A stretch of 48,045 nt of DNA from assembly GCF_001194135.2 (NCBI RefSeq), contig NC_068984.1, positions 110,789,473-110,837,517 of the forward strand. Direction: 5' to 3'. The notes beneath the pieces are model-generated. The model was not told the origin of the DNA, searched no databases, and was given only the letters and a program-made list of their open reading frames with translations. Made by a program: the position numbers and the translations under genes. This document shows positions 37,313 to 48,045 of this stretch, piece after piece. The DNA comes from Octopus bimaculoides (lineage: Eukaryota). The stretch's first letter is position 1; each line of letters opens with the position of its first letter.

Positions 37313-38598
37313 ATGTCTGAAAATAAAAAGCACATTTTATATTCTGCAAATTTCAAATTGAAAATGATTCAGTTTGCAGAGGAGCATGGAAATAAAACTG
37401 CAGAAAGTTAGTTTCAGCCTCCTCCTATGGCTGCCATGACTGGACTGTAGAGAAAGCACAAAGATGAACTTTTACAGATACTAAGGATGAAGAGAGCAGC
37501 ATGAGGCAAAAGGCAAGGTGGCCAAATCTGGAGGAAAAACTCAAACACTGGGTTAAAAACCAAGGGCAAACTGGTGCATTTGTTTCGACAAAGACCCTCA
37601 TCGATCAAGGAAGAATTGCTCAGGAGATTTTTAAAAAAGAGCAAAGAGGAATGACAAGAGACAGAAGAGACAACTGATTTTAAAGGTACGCCCATCTGGT
37701 GCTCCAGTTTTATGAAGAGGAATGATTTGAGTCTAAGGACTAGAACCAAACTTGCTCAGAAGATGCCTGATTCTTATGAAGAAAAGATTCTTAATTTTTA
37801 TTCTTATATCATTAATTTATGCAAGAATACCAACTTTGAACTTTGCCCTGTAGCAAATATGGATGAAGTTCTACTTATCTTTGATGTTCCTTCCCACAAA
37901 ACTGTGAATCAAAAAGAGGCCAAAGCAGTGGCCATCAAGACAAGTGGGCATGAGAACACTCATTATAGAGTTGTCCTGGCATGCTGTGCTGATGGTACCC
38001 AGTTGCCACCCATGCTCATTTTCAAAAGGAAGACACTTCCAAAGCAGAAGCTGCCAGAAGGAGTCCTTGTGCATGTTCATGCAAAGGGCTGGATTTGAAG
38101 ATTTGGGGTAAGAGACCTTGGAACATTTTTAAGGAGCCATCTGTGCTGATGTTAGATCATTTCAGGGCACATGTAACTGATGAAACCAAAAAGTTGGCAA
38201 AAAAATCAAAAACCTAATTGGCAGTTATTCCAGGTGGCCTGACAATCCAACTTCAACTACTGGGCATCAATATTAACAAACCATTTAAGGAACTAATGAG
38301 AAATGAATGGAGCAAGTGGACACGTGAGGGTGACTCCAACTTAACACCAACAGGAAAAGTTAGGAAGTCAACGATCAGTGAAGTTTGCAGCTGGGTGAAG
38401 AAATCGTGGAATGGTGTGAAGAAAGAAGTGATTGTAAAGGCCTTTAAAAAGTGCAGCATAAACAACAACATGGATGGTACGGAATATGATGGAATTTACA
38501 ATGAGCGTAATGCTGATGATAATGAACTACCAGGAGTTGTGTCTGATTATGATGTATCAGATGAGAGTGATGAGGAATGTAATGGTTTCTATGATTAA
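37313..38598 (+). pseudogene. pogo/Tigger-type transposase pseudogene (Brinker-like DBD, CENP-B-type HTH, DDE_1)
   Basis: MSENKKHILYSANFKLKMIQFAEEHGN; WPNLEEKLKHWV; ANMDE; LMLDHFRAH; VIPGGLT..QLLGININKPFK with the third catalytic Asp position read as Gly; stops and frameshifts. Confidence 0.9.
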
Positions 38599-38644
38599 TA
38601 AGATATATTTTTGATAAAACTTGTTAACTTGTGAAGATAATTTA

Positions 38645-38873
38645 TTAACCCTTTCATTACTGTATTTTTTTTTAGATGCTCTCTGTTTCTTTCAATTAAT
38701 TTTAAATGTAACAAAGAATTTAGTCAAATAACTTAGTTATCATTCAGCTAGCGTTAGGAGCATAAATTGTGACTAACATTTGGTGGAAGATTTTAATTCA
38801 AAACTTATGAAAACAAGACATTTGTACTCAGAGCCAGAGCTGGTTTAAGCTGGGTTGTTAATGAAAGGGTTAA
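38645..38873. mobile_element. TTAA-flanked MITE with 11-bp TIRs
   Basis: TTAA-CCCTTTCATTA (38645-38659)...TAATGAAAGGG-TTAA (38859-38873). Confidence 0.9.
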
Positions 38874-40029
38874 TGTTCTTCTTAAGGGTATACACAGTAA
38901 ATTTTGATAAGTGCACCCACATGCATTTCACTAAGAAAAAAAACATTGCATTTTTCACTTGGAATCAAGTACCCTGATCTCCTCATGCGTCACAATCTCC
39001 TTATTTTTGATTAAAAAAGAGGTGGGGGGGAAATCGCCCCCCCCCCCATCCTGGAATCATTGGAAATTTCTTTCTTTTTTCATTGAATGAATTACGGTGA
39101 CCACCTAATATGCTACAAAACACTTTTTGTCTGGAAAATAGGGGTTGGGTGGAACCCTTGGATTTTTAACCCCCACTCCCAACATTTTACAGAAATACAT
39201 TTTCGAAAGTGTGGATCACATAAGATTAAAGATTCAAACAACTTTGAAAACAAGAAGTGAAAATACTAAAGCTATAGAAATTAGTGGTAGTGACAGGAAT
39301 ATATTCCCTGGAGAATTTTTGTGTTTATGTGAAACAAGTAAAAGTATNNNNNNNNNNNNNNNNNNNNNNNNNNNNNNNNNNNNNNNNNNNNNNNNNNNNN
39401 NNNNNNNNNNNNNNNNNNNNNNNNNNNNNNNNNNNNNNNNNNNNNNNNNNNNNNNNNNNNNNNNNNNNNNNNNNNNNNNNNNNNNNNNNNNNNNNNNNNN
39501 NNNNNNNNNNNNNNNNNNNNNNNNNNNNNNNNNNNNNNNNNNNNNNNNNNNNNNNNNNNNNNNNNNNNNNNNNNNNNNNNNNNNNNNNNNNNNNNNNNNN
39601 NNNNNNNNNNNNNNNNNNNNNNNNNNNNNNNNNNNNNNNNNNNNNNNNNNNNNNNNNNNNNNNNNNNNNNNNNNNNNNNNNNNNNNNNNNNNNNNNNNNN
39701 NNNNNNNNNNNNNNNNNNNNNNNNNNNNNNNNNNNNNNNNNNNNNNNNNNNNNNNNNNNNNNNNNNNNNNNNNNNNNNNNNNNNNNNNNNNNNNNNNNNN
39801 NNNNNNNNNNNNNNNNNNNNNNNNNNNNNNNNNNNNNNNNNNNNNNNNNNNNNNNNNNNNNNNNNNNNNNNNNNNNNNNNNNNNNNNNNNNNNNNNNNNN
39901 NNNNNNNNNNNNNNNNNNNNNNNNNNNNNNNNNNNNNNNNNNNNNNNNNNNNNNNNNNNNNNNNNNNNNNNNNNNNNNNNNNNNNNNNNNNNNNNNNNNN
40001 NNNNNNNNNNNNNNNNNNNNNNNNNNNNN

Positions 40030-40064
<35 letters not shown>

Positions 40065-40304
40065 GAAGAAAAGCAACAAAAATTCATTAGGTTATAGCAG
40101 TACGTACATTTCGTACAAATTTCATTTATTTAAATTCAAATTTTATTCACCAAAATCTCTTAATTTTGTTTTTGATTTTTACCCTACCAAATTCTGGTGC
40201 CTCAAACATTTTAAGTACTACATTTAATCTTTTGATTAAATCTATATTATATATATATATATGTATGTATATAGAAAGAGAGAGAGAGAGCTTTATTTTT
40301 TGTC

Positions 40305-40650
40305 TTTTACCTTTTTCTGCCATTGGACTACGACCATGCTGGGGTACTCACTTGAAAGACTTTATTTGAACAAATTGCTTCATGGACTGATTTAAAGTCG
40401 TAGTACTTAGTCTATGAATCTCTGAAGTGAATCAATACTGGCTATTGAATGACAGTGAAGGACAAACACAAGCCCAAAGCCGCACACACAAACACACACA
40501 CAATAGGCTACTCCACTGTTTCCATCAGCCAAATTCACTCACAAGGCATTAGTTGGGCTGGGGGACCATTGTAGACACTTACCCAAGGCACTGCACAGTG
40601 GAACTGAACCCAAAGCCACATGGTTGCGAAGCAACCTTCTTGTCCATGCA
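40305..40650 (-). mobile_element. Degenerate SINE family B
   Basis: gactacgaccatgctgggg...ccaaattcactcacaaggc...acttacccaaggcactgcacagtggaactgaaccc. Confidence 0.7.
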
Positions 40651-41171
40651 GCCATGCCTGTATCTCCCTATCCGTCTGTTTATCTGTCTATCTGTCTGTC
40701 AGTCTATCTGTCTATCTATCTATCTATCTACATAGAAATATTATACACACATGCATACACACACACACACACATATATATGTAAAATAATTTTTCTTTAA
40801 TTGTGAAGTATTAATTACATTAGAAAAAAAAATCTTTAAAAAACAGTTTGCCACGACACACATGCACATGCATGCACACATACATTTCCTCTGCACCACA
40901 TGCAAAACTCATTCATATGCATTTTCATGACCTTGGCGTGTGTGATGCACCAGATTGGAAAAAGATCAATCTTTCCCCTATTTCTTCATGCTTGAATGAA
41001 TTTCTTGGCAGAATAACGAGTAAGAGTAAGGGGTATAATAAGAAGTGACATGTCAAATTGCTCCCACTAACAACCCCGCTATGTCTGTTCACTCTGCATC
41101 CATTAACAGAGAATAAACACAAACCGGTGAGAGACCTTCAATATAATCTTGTGTCATGCTCAATATAACAG

Positions 41172-41810
41172 TTAACCCTTTTATATACCAACTTATCTGA
41201 AATTGTGCTTGATCCTATGTCACAAAATTACTATATAAAAAACGCCTAAATCAAATTCTTCCATCAAAATTTCATATTAATTTATGTTCCAAAACAAGGC
41301 GGTGAGCTGGTAGAATTGTTAGCATGCTGGGCGAAATGCTTAGTGATATTTTGTCTGCAGCTATGTTCTGAGTTCAAATTCCGCCGAGGTCGACTTTGCC
41401 TTTCATCCTTTCGGGGTCGATAAATTAAGTACCAGTTACACACTGGGATCGATGTAATCGACTTAATCCCTTTGTCTGTCCTTGTTTGTCCCCTCTATGT
41501 TTAGCCCCTTGTGGGCAATAAAGAAATAAGAATCATTATCATGCCAGGCAAAATGCTTCATGACATTTCATTCATCTTTAATGTTCTTAGATCAAATTCA
41601 GCCGAAGTTGACTTTGCCTTTCATCCTTTTGGGGTGGATAAAATGAGTACCAGTTGAACACTGGGGTCAATCCAATCGTATTAGCCTCTTCCCAAAATTG
41701 CTGGCCTTGTGCCAAAATTTGAAATTAATTTATGTTCCAAAATACCAGCATAATACTAAGAAAGTTACAGGGTACTCAGGCCAAGTTTGATTATTTTATT
41801 TTCATGTCTC
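41172..41810 (+). mobile_element. TTAA-type MITE interrupted by a SINE family A dimer (41297-41723)
   Basis: Starts ttaacccttt; the dimer is flanked by attaatttatgttccaaa (41276-41293 and 41724-41741). Confidence 0.8.
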
Positions 41811-42289
41811 CTTTATTCAGGAACAGCTTAATGTATTGGTGAACGGTCAACAGTGTTGGAGAGCATGAAGATTAAAGTTGTAATTGAGGAAAAGTTAGCT
41901 GACATGCCTGTATCTCTCAATCCATCTGTTTATCTGTCTATCTGTCTGTCAGTCTATCTATCTATCGATATGTCTGCCTATCTACCTTTGTGTCTGTCTG
42001 GGTCTATCTATCTATCTATCTCTATCTATCTGCCTGTCTATCTGTCTTTCCGGCTGAACGTCTGTGTGTTTGTCTGTGTCTGTCTATCTATCTATCTTCA
42101 ATATAATCCTGTGTCATGCTCGATATAACAGTTAACCCTTTTGTATACCAACTTATCTGAAATTGTGCTTGATCCTATGTCACAAAATTACTTTATAAAA
42201 AATGCCTAAATCAGATTCTTCCATCAAAATTTCATGTTAATTTATGTTCCAAAACAAAGCGGTTCCAAATTGTCAAATTGCTCCCACAA

Positions 42290-42685
42290 TTGTCAACATG
42301 GCCAAGTGAAATCGTGTCACATACCTAGCACCCATACTGGTGCATGTAAAAAGCAGCTGTTGGGCCTCATGGAGGCAATGAAAAATAGCTGAGACCTTTG
42401 GCAATATGCTGTGCTTGCGAAGAAGACTTATCAAGCCAAGTGAAATCGTAGTTGCAGCAGATACTGGTGTCATACAACTGGCATCCATGCTGGTGGCATG
42501 TGAAAGCACCCATTACATTCTTGGAGTAGTTGGTATTTGGAAGGAAGGGCATCCAGCCATGAAAAAAAAACCATGTCAAATCAGACCAGAATCTGGTGCA
42601 GCCCCTCAGTTTATCAGTCCTGATCAAACTGTCCAACCCATGTCAGCATGGACAATGGACTTTAAATGATGATAATGATGAATGA
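42290..42685 (+). mobile_element. RTE 3' fragment
   Basis: tgggcctcatggaggcaatg...ggaagggcatccagcc...gactttaaatgatgataatgatg. Confidence 0.8.
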
Positions 42686-43339
42686 CTGCTGATCAAAGCT
42701 CTGTGAATACTGTGAAGGTTGTGAGATGTGACATGGACAGCTACATCAGTGACAATGAAACCTTGGCCAGGCAGGCATGGATGCAGTAGGCATTCTAATA
42801 GCATCAGCACACTGGATTTCATTCCCACATCTTTGTAAAGTGAAATTTGACAGCTGAAAACTGTAGAAAGACTAATTCTTCTTCTCTCTATCTTTTTCCT
42901 CCTCCTCTCTCTCTCTCACTCTCACTCTTTTATCCTTCCTACCTTTCTTTCTTTCTCTCAGTCACCTTTATCATTTATCTTTTGTCTTTTACTTGTTTCA
43001 GTCATTGGACTGTGGCAACACACTTTGAAAGGTTTAGTCCCAGCCTGACCAACTCGAATTAAATTGTGGGCCCCTTTAATCACAGAAAGGTTTTTGAGGG
43101 CTGCTTATATACTGACAGAATTGAAAGCATTTTGCTTTCTCATGCTATTATTACAATAATGAATAAATGTTTGTTGATTCAACATGAAATATTATCGTTG
43201 CAAAAACAGTAGTATCTTTCTTTTTTACTTTTCATTACAGTCTTTAAATTTTGATAAAATTTTTTAAATCCCTGTTTAAATAAACCCATATCAAGAAAGT
43301 ATCAAGGGGAGCGCATGTGGCCTGTGGGACTCAGGTTGG

Positions 43340-43560
43340 CCAAACCTGGTTTAGTCAAATCTGTGTCGTTGTGTCTGTGCTTGTCCCCCAACCATCACTT
43401 TACAACCGATGTTGGTGTGTTTACATCCCTGTAACTTACAAGTTCAGCAAAGGTGTCCAATAGAATGAGTACTAGGCTTACAAAGAATAAATCCTGGGAT
43501 AGACTTCAGTGACTAAAAACCCTTTAAGACAGTGCTCCAGCATGGCCGCAGTCAACAAAG
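43340..43560 (+). mobile_element. SINE family B, 3' half
   Basis: acaaccgatgttggtgtgtttacatccctgtaac...gtgctccagcatggccgcagtc. Confidence 0.8.
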
Positions 43561-43699
43561 CCATGTGCTTCCACTACAATTGGTGGTACATCTATCTGGA
43601 TTACAAAGGATGTATTGTGCATGTTACACAGGCAGCCTTTTGTGTTATATGCTGTCAATTGTATAGCCGAATTCACTTTGAGATTCATTGTTAATAAAG

Positions 43700-44160
43700 A
43701 AGGTTGCACCTGAGTGGCACATGAAAAGCACCATTCGAATGGAGTCGATGCCAGTGCCACCTGACTGGCATCCATGCTGTTGGCACATAAAAAGCACTAT
43801 ATGAAAGTGGTCAATGCAAGTGCCATCTGACTTGTCCCGTGTCAGTGGCACATATAAAGCACCATTTGAGTATAGTCATTGTTAGTGCTGCCTGATTGGC
43901 TTTCATGCCGGTGGCACATAAAAAGCACCATTCAAACATGATCGATGCCAGTGCTGCCTGACTGGCCCCAATGCCAGTGGCACATAAAAATCACCCAATA
44001 CAATCTTGGAGTGGTTGGCATTAGGAAGGGCATCCAACTATAGAAACCTTGCCAGATTAGATTGGAGCCTGGTGCAGCACACGGGCTTGCCAGTCCTCAG
44101 TCAAACCATCCAACCTATCCCAGCATGGGAAGCAGACGTTAAACGAAGATGATGATGATA
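43700..44160 (+). mobile_element. RTE 3' UTR with a ~66-bp internal tandem repeat
   Basis: ggcacat at 43716, 43782, 43847, 43913 and 43979; ends gacgttaaacgaagatgatgatgat. Confidence 0.85.
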
Positions 44161-44854
44161 TTTCTGCTAAAGAAGTTCTCTTCATGTTCTGGTTCAAGTA
44201 ACAGACTTTATTCTCCATAATTATTTCTCTCCTTTCCATCAATACGTCTTTCTATTTAGCTTATCACTTTTTTTCACTTTTCATACTAGTTTCTTATCTT
44301 CATTGTCTAAATAACATTTTCATTCAACGCATGTGTGCACATATACATGTGCACACACAAACACACATGCATTTGTCAATTGACACACACACACGCACAC
44401 ACGTTTAAACACATATATACATACTCTTATACATATGTCTATGGTAATGGATGTTGAGCAAAATTTATGTAAGAACAGTAATGATATTAAATGTACACTA
44501 AACGTATTCAAACATATATTTGCTCACTCACTTACACAAATACATACACATGCATGCATTCATACACATATCCTAGAATGCAATTATATACATACATTCA
44601 TGCGCTTACACATAGTTCTCCACATGCACATGTATGCACACACACACACACACTCACACACACATACTAATACACACACCCATCTACCCATGCACAAGTT
44701 CTCGAGTATAGCAGCTTGTAATTTCCCTATGATTATTAAGTTTGTTTATATGTGTTTTAAACAGTTGGTACAATAGAATATATAAATACAGTTACATATA
44801 TATTTTTTTTGCACATACACACATATGTATATATATATAAATGTGTATATACAT

Positions 44855-44907
<53 letters not shown>

Positions 44908-44946
44908 CACACACACAGACATATGTATGTATATGTGTGTTGTGTG

Positions 44947-44979
<33 letters not shown>

Positions 44980-46170
44980 GGAGAGAGAGAGATAGATAGT
45001 TGTTTGTGTATGTGTGTTGTGTATATATGTATGTGTGTATGTATGCATTTGCATGTGAGAGTTGGGATAAAAACTAACTTTCTTTAGGTATATTTACAGT
45101 TGAAGAAACAAACATGTTTTTTTCATGAGTTTTATGTTAATGTTTCCAAAAACTGATATGTCTCTTTCGCCAAAGAACAAAAAAAGAGAAATTATTCTTT
45201 AGCCCTTGGTCACTTGTGATCAAGCTGACCTATGACAAAAAGTATTAAAAGTGGAGTTTTAACACACCAGATCAATTGAAAGGTTCATAATGATTGCTAT
45301 TATGAAATAATGCATGTTGGTATGTTTTTATATATGTGTATTTTTAATTAATGTTGTATTATGAGGGAGTCATTATGCCCATAAATGCAAAATGGGAAAA
45401 CAAAAATTTCATTTGGAGACTTGCAAATCATTTAAATCATTCTTTGATTAATTGATTAGTTAATGATAAAACCGAAGTGAGTTACAATCGGTGTGAGAGG
45501 ATGTGTGTTTCTTGGCAATGTGACCCTCCAAGAAGTACAACAACATCAATTTCAAAATACGATTTCATGTTAAATTTCTTGCAAAGCAAATTCAAAAGTT
45601 AATCAACTTTTAATTGTGTGTGTGTGTGTGTATCTATGTATATTTAATTAAACACATTTTATGTGTCTGTGTGTTCATATTTACGGCCTGTAAATTAGCA
45701 GCTCAACACATAAAAACCAAACTTAAAAATAAAGACAGGGATCGATATGATAGTTTAAAACCCTTCAAGATTTCACTCCAGTATAGCCAGCATCCACTGA
45801 CTGAAACCTGTAAATAAATAGACGATTGCATACCTATTTCTTATTAAGATTCTAAAGCCAATTGTGCATTAAATACGTTCACACTAATTTAGCCCCTTGC
45901 AATAGCCTATTACATGTTTATCCCAAAGATTCCTGCTCTCAGAAACAATTTTCAGTCTTCCTTTTTACAGCTTCATGTAAATGTCTGTATTTGTCTGTGA
46001 AGCAATCTAGGTTTTGTTCTGAATTTACCAGGCAATAAAACTCTTTCAATCTACTCTCTCTCCGTCTCTCTCTCTCTCATCTTTCTGTGAGCATCTTTTT
46101 ACTGAACACTTTGTGGCTGTTGATATTTTTGTTTTTTGTTTTTCATTCTTCTTTGGCACCTTTATGTATG

Positions 46171-46219
<49 letters not shown>

Positions 46220-46770
46220 GCTTACATACATACACACAAGCACATACATACATATATACACACAACATACGCATAAACACATACATACATACACACACAT
46301 ACACAACATACACATACATACATACATGTATACACACACACACACACACACGCACATATTTGTATGTAAATATCCTGGATTTTTATTTATTTATCTATTT
46401 GTTTATTATTATTTATTTTGTTTTATGTTTTGTTTTATTTTTTGTTTTTCGGCTTCTTAACATTAGTTAAAGTCTCATCATTGATAAACCTTGCTTCACA
46501 TTGTTCCTCTGCTTTGCCCAACAGCATTATCTGATGTGCAATTCAAGAACAATCTTATGTATCACTTTTACATTTCTGCCATTTTAGTATATCAACATCA
46601 CATTCAAATGACATATTACTCTTCATTCACTTTTATATAACTTTCAATCTGAAGCAGATGTAGTGAGATAACAAGCTGCTAATCTTGTTTTAACTGCATG
46701 ATAAATCCTTACATCACAAAACAGAATGTATGAGTACTGGCTGTTGTTTATTGCAATGCAATCAGCCTAC

Positions 46771-46835
46771 CTGGTTGAGATAATTTTCTACAGATTGAAA
46801 CAAAGATTCCCAGGTATTTTGTAAACAACATAGTA
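46771..46835 (-). CDS. Candidate 65-nt exon (x-LCCLQNTWESLFQSVENYLNQ), unverified
   Basis: Minus strand: cactgtttcag| ... CAG|gtaggc; open frame. No recognisable homology. Confidence 0.2.
46794..46813 (+). CDS. Candidate 20-nt micro-exon, unverified
   Basis: taattttctacag|ATTGAAACAAAGATTCCCAG|gtattt. Confidence 0.2.
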
Positions 46836-47183
46836 CTGAAACAGTGATTTATTGAATAATTAAATTTATTGTTAATGCAAGAACTGTAAAATCCAAGAGC
46901 GTTAACATTCAACTATCTTTCCCTCTGCAGTGTTCTTATTACATATTTCTGCTGAGACCCTCATTATCATTACTTTAAATCTTAAACATTGGCATTTAGA
47001 ATTTCTAATAGTTGCAATAGTTTCTGCTTGGAAACCTAAATGAGTATTTCTCAGAGATTCGCAAATTTAAACACCAAACCTGATGTTGTGAAACATTAGT
47101 CGGTGAAGCAGTCATGTTCTCTGGTTATCACCAGCTGTAGGACGTACCATAATTTTCATTGCCTTTTACATTTGTAGAATATT

Positions 47184-47696
47184 AAATTTTGTTCAAGGGC
47201 TCACTACAAGATTTCTAGATTGAGGTAGTTTAAAAAATATGGGAAAATTTAGAATTCATTCCATCCAAACATAATCATGATCCATTCATTAGGTTCATCT
47301 TTAATGTGTTACATAGCTATTTTCTTGTAGAACAGATATATAGAGCTCATTCCAAAATATTCCTTGTATTTCTTATTTGGAAAACAAAAAAAGAAAAACG
47401 ATTAACTCCGGTGGGATTTGAACTCTGTAACCAGGGGGATAAAAAATAAATAATATAATAAGTTATAGACTGACACTTAACTTTCTCATCTTGAATTTTG
47501 CACACGTTTTTACTTCAATAACTTATCTGTGGTGTCATAGATAACAGGAAACTACATCTGGCTACACTTTATGTTTGCATCAAAATTTGTTCAATAGATC
47601 ACTATAAGATTTCTAGATTGGGGTAGTTTCAAAAAATATGGGAAAATTTTGGATTAATTCCATCCAAACATAACCATAATCCATTCATTAGGTTCA
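47184..47696 (+). repeat. ~115-bp diverged direct repeat (47184-47297 and 47582-47696)
   Basis: Both read tttgttcaa...cacta.aagatttctagattg.ggtagttt...catccaaacataa.cat.atccattcattaggttca. Confidence 0.9.
47403..47487 (-). pseudogene. tRNA-like or SINE-head remnant
   Basis: B-box-like GAGTTCAAATCCC (plus 47413-47425) followed by accggagtt; no clean cloverleaf. Confidence 0.3.
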
Positions 47697-47933
47697 AACT
47701 CATTGCAGTCATTTAAACATTTTTACATTTAAATTTATTACTTGTCATGTGTGTGTGTGTGTGAGTGCATAGTATTGAAATAGCATTAGACAAAAATAAT
47801 GTTTACAGCATTTATAATGTATATACAAATGTAGAACAGTATTAGTTCTACTATTTAATATCAGTGAAACTTTACAAAGAGACATGTGTTCATTGTCTGG
47901 ATTGCATCTTGGTGGTTCTTCTCTAAATTATTA

Positions 47934-48006
<73 letters not shown>

Positions 48007-48045
48007 TATATATGCATACATATGTATATATACATATATGTATAT

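Noticed and set aside
37313-38598. Domesticated POGK-like host gene
   Set aside because: Stops, frameshifts and a mutated catalytic residue; no gene symbol justified.
43716-44000. CRISPR-like repeat-spacer appearance
   Set aside because: The 'spacers' are homologous to each other, the array lies in a LINE 3' UTR in eukaryotic DNA, and there are no cas genes.
47403-47487. Functional intron-containing tRNA gene
   Set aside because: No intact A-box or acceptor stem; kept only as a remnant.

Overview
AT-rich animal genomic DNA with ten assembly gaps, most likely an octopus (inferred from the repeat families and microsatellite load; no database check). Nearly all listed ORFs are artefacts of microsatellites or N runs. 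Recognisable content is mostly decayed transposons: four tRNA-headed SINE families (my labels A-D), many RTE-clade LINE fragments (one covers the RT domain, ~32.4-34.5 kb), two CR1-like LINE 3' fragments, a Tc1 DD34E-type remnant, a maT-like DD37D remnant, a pogo/Tigger-type transposase pseudogene and TTAA-flanked MITEs. I can name no host gene. The best non-repeat signal is a CpG-enriched, tandemly duplicated, probably bidirectional promoter at ~30.67-31.16 kb. It has E-box and YY1-like motifs, a minus-strand ATG exon (MASITR-) and a plus-strand donor. Several minus-strand micro-exon candidates at 4.8-25.8 kb join in one reading frame; these are low-confidence calls that need RNA-seq. I found no firm evidence of a new biological system.
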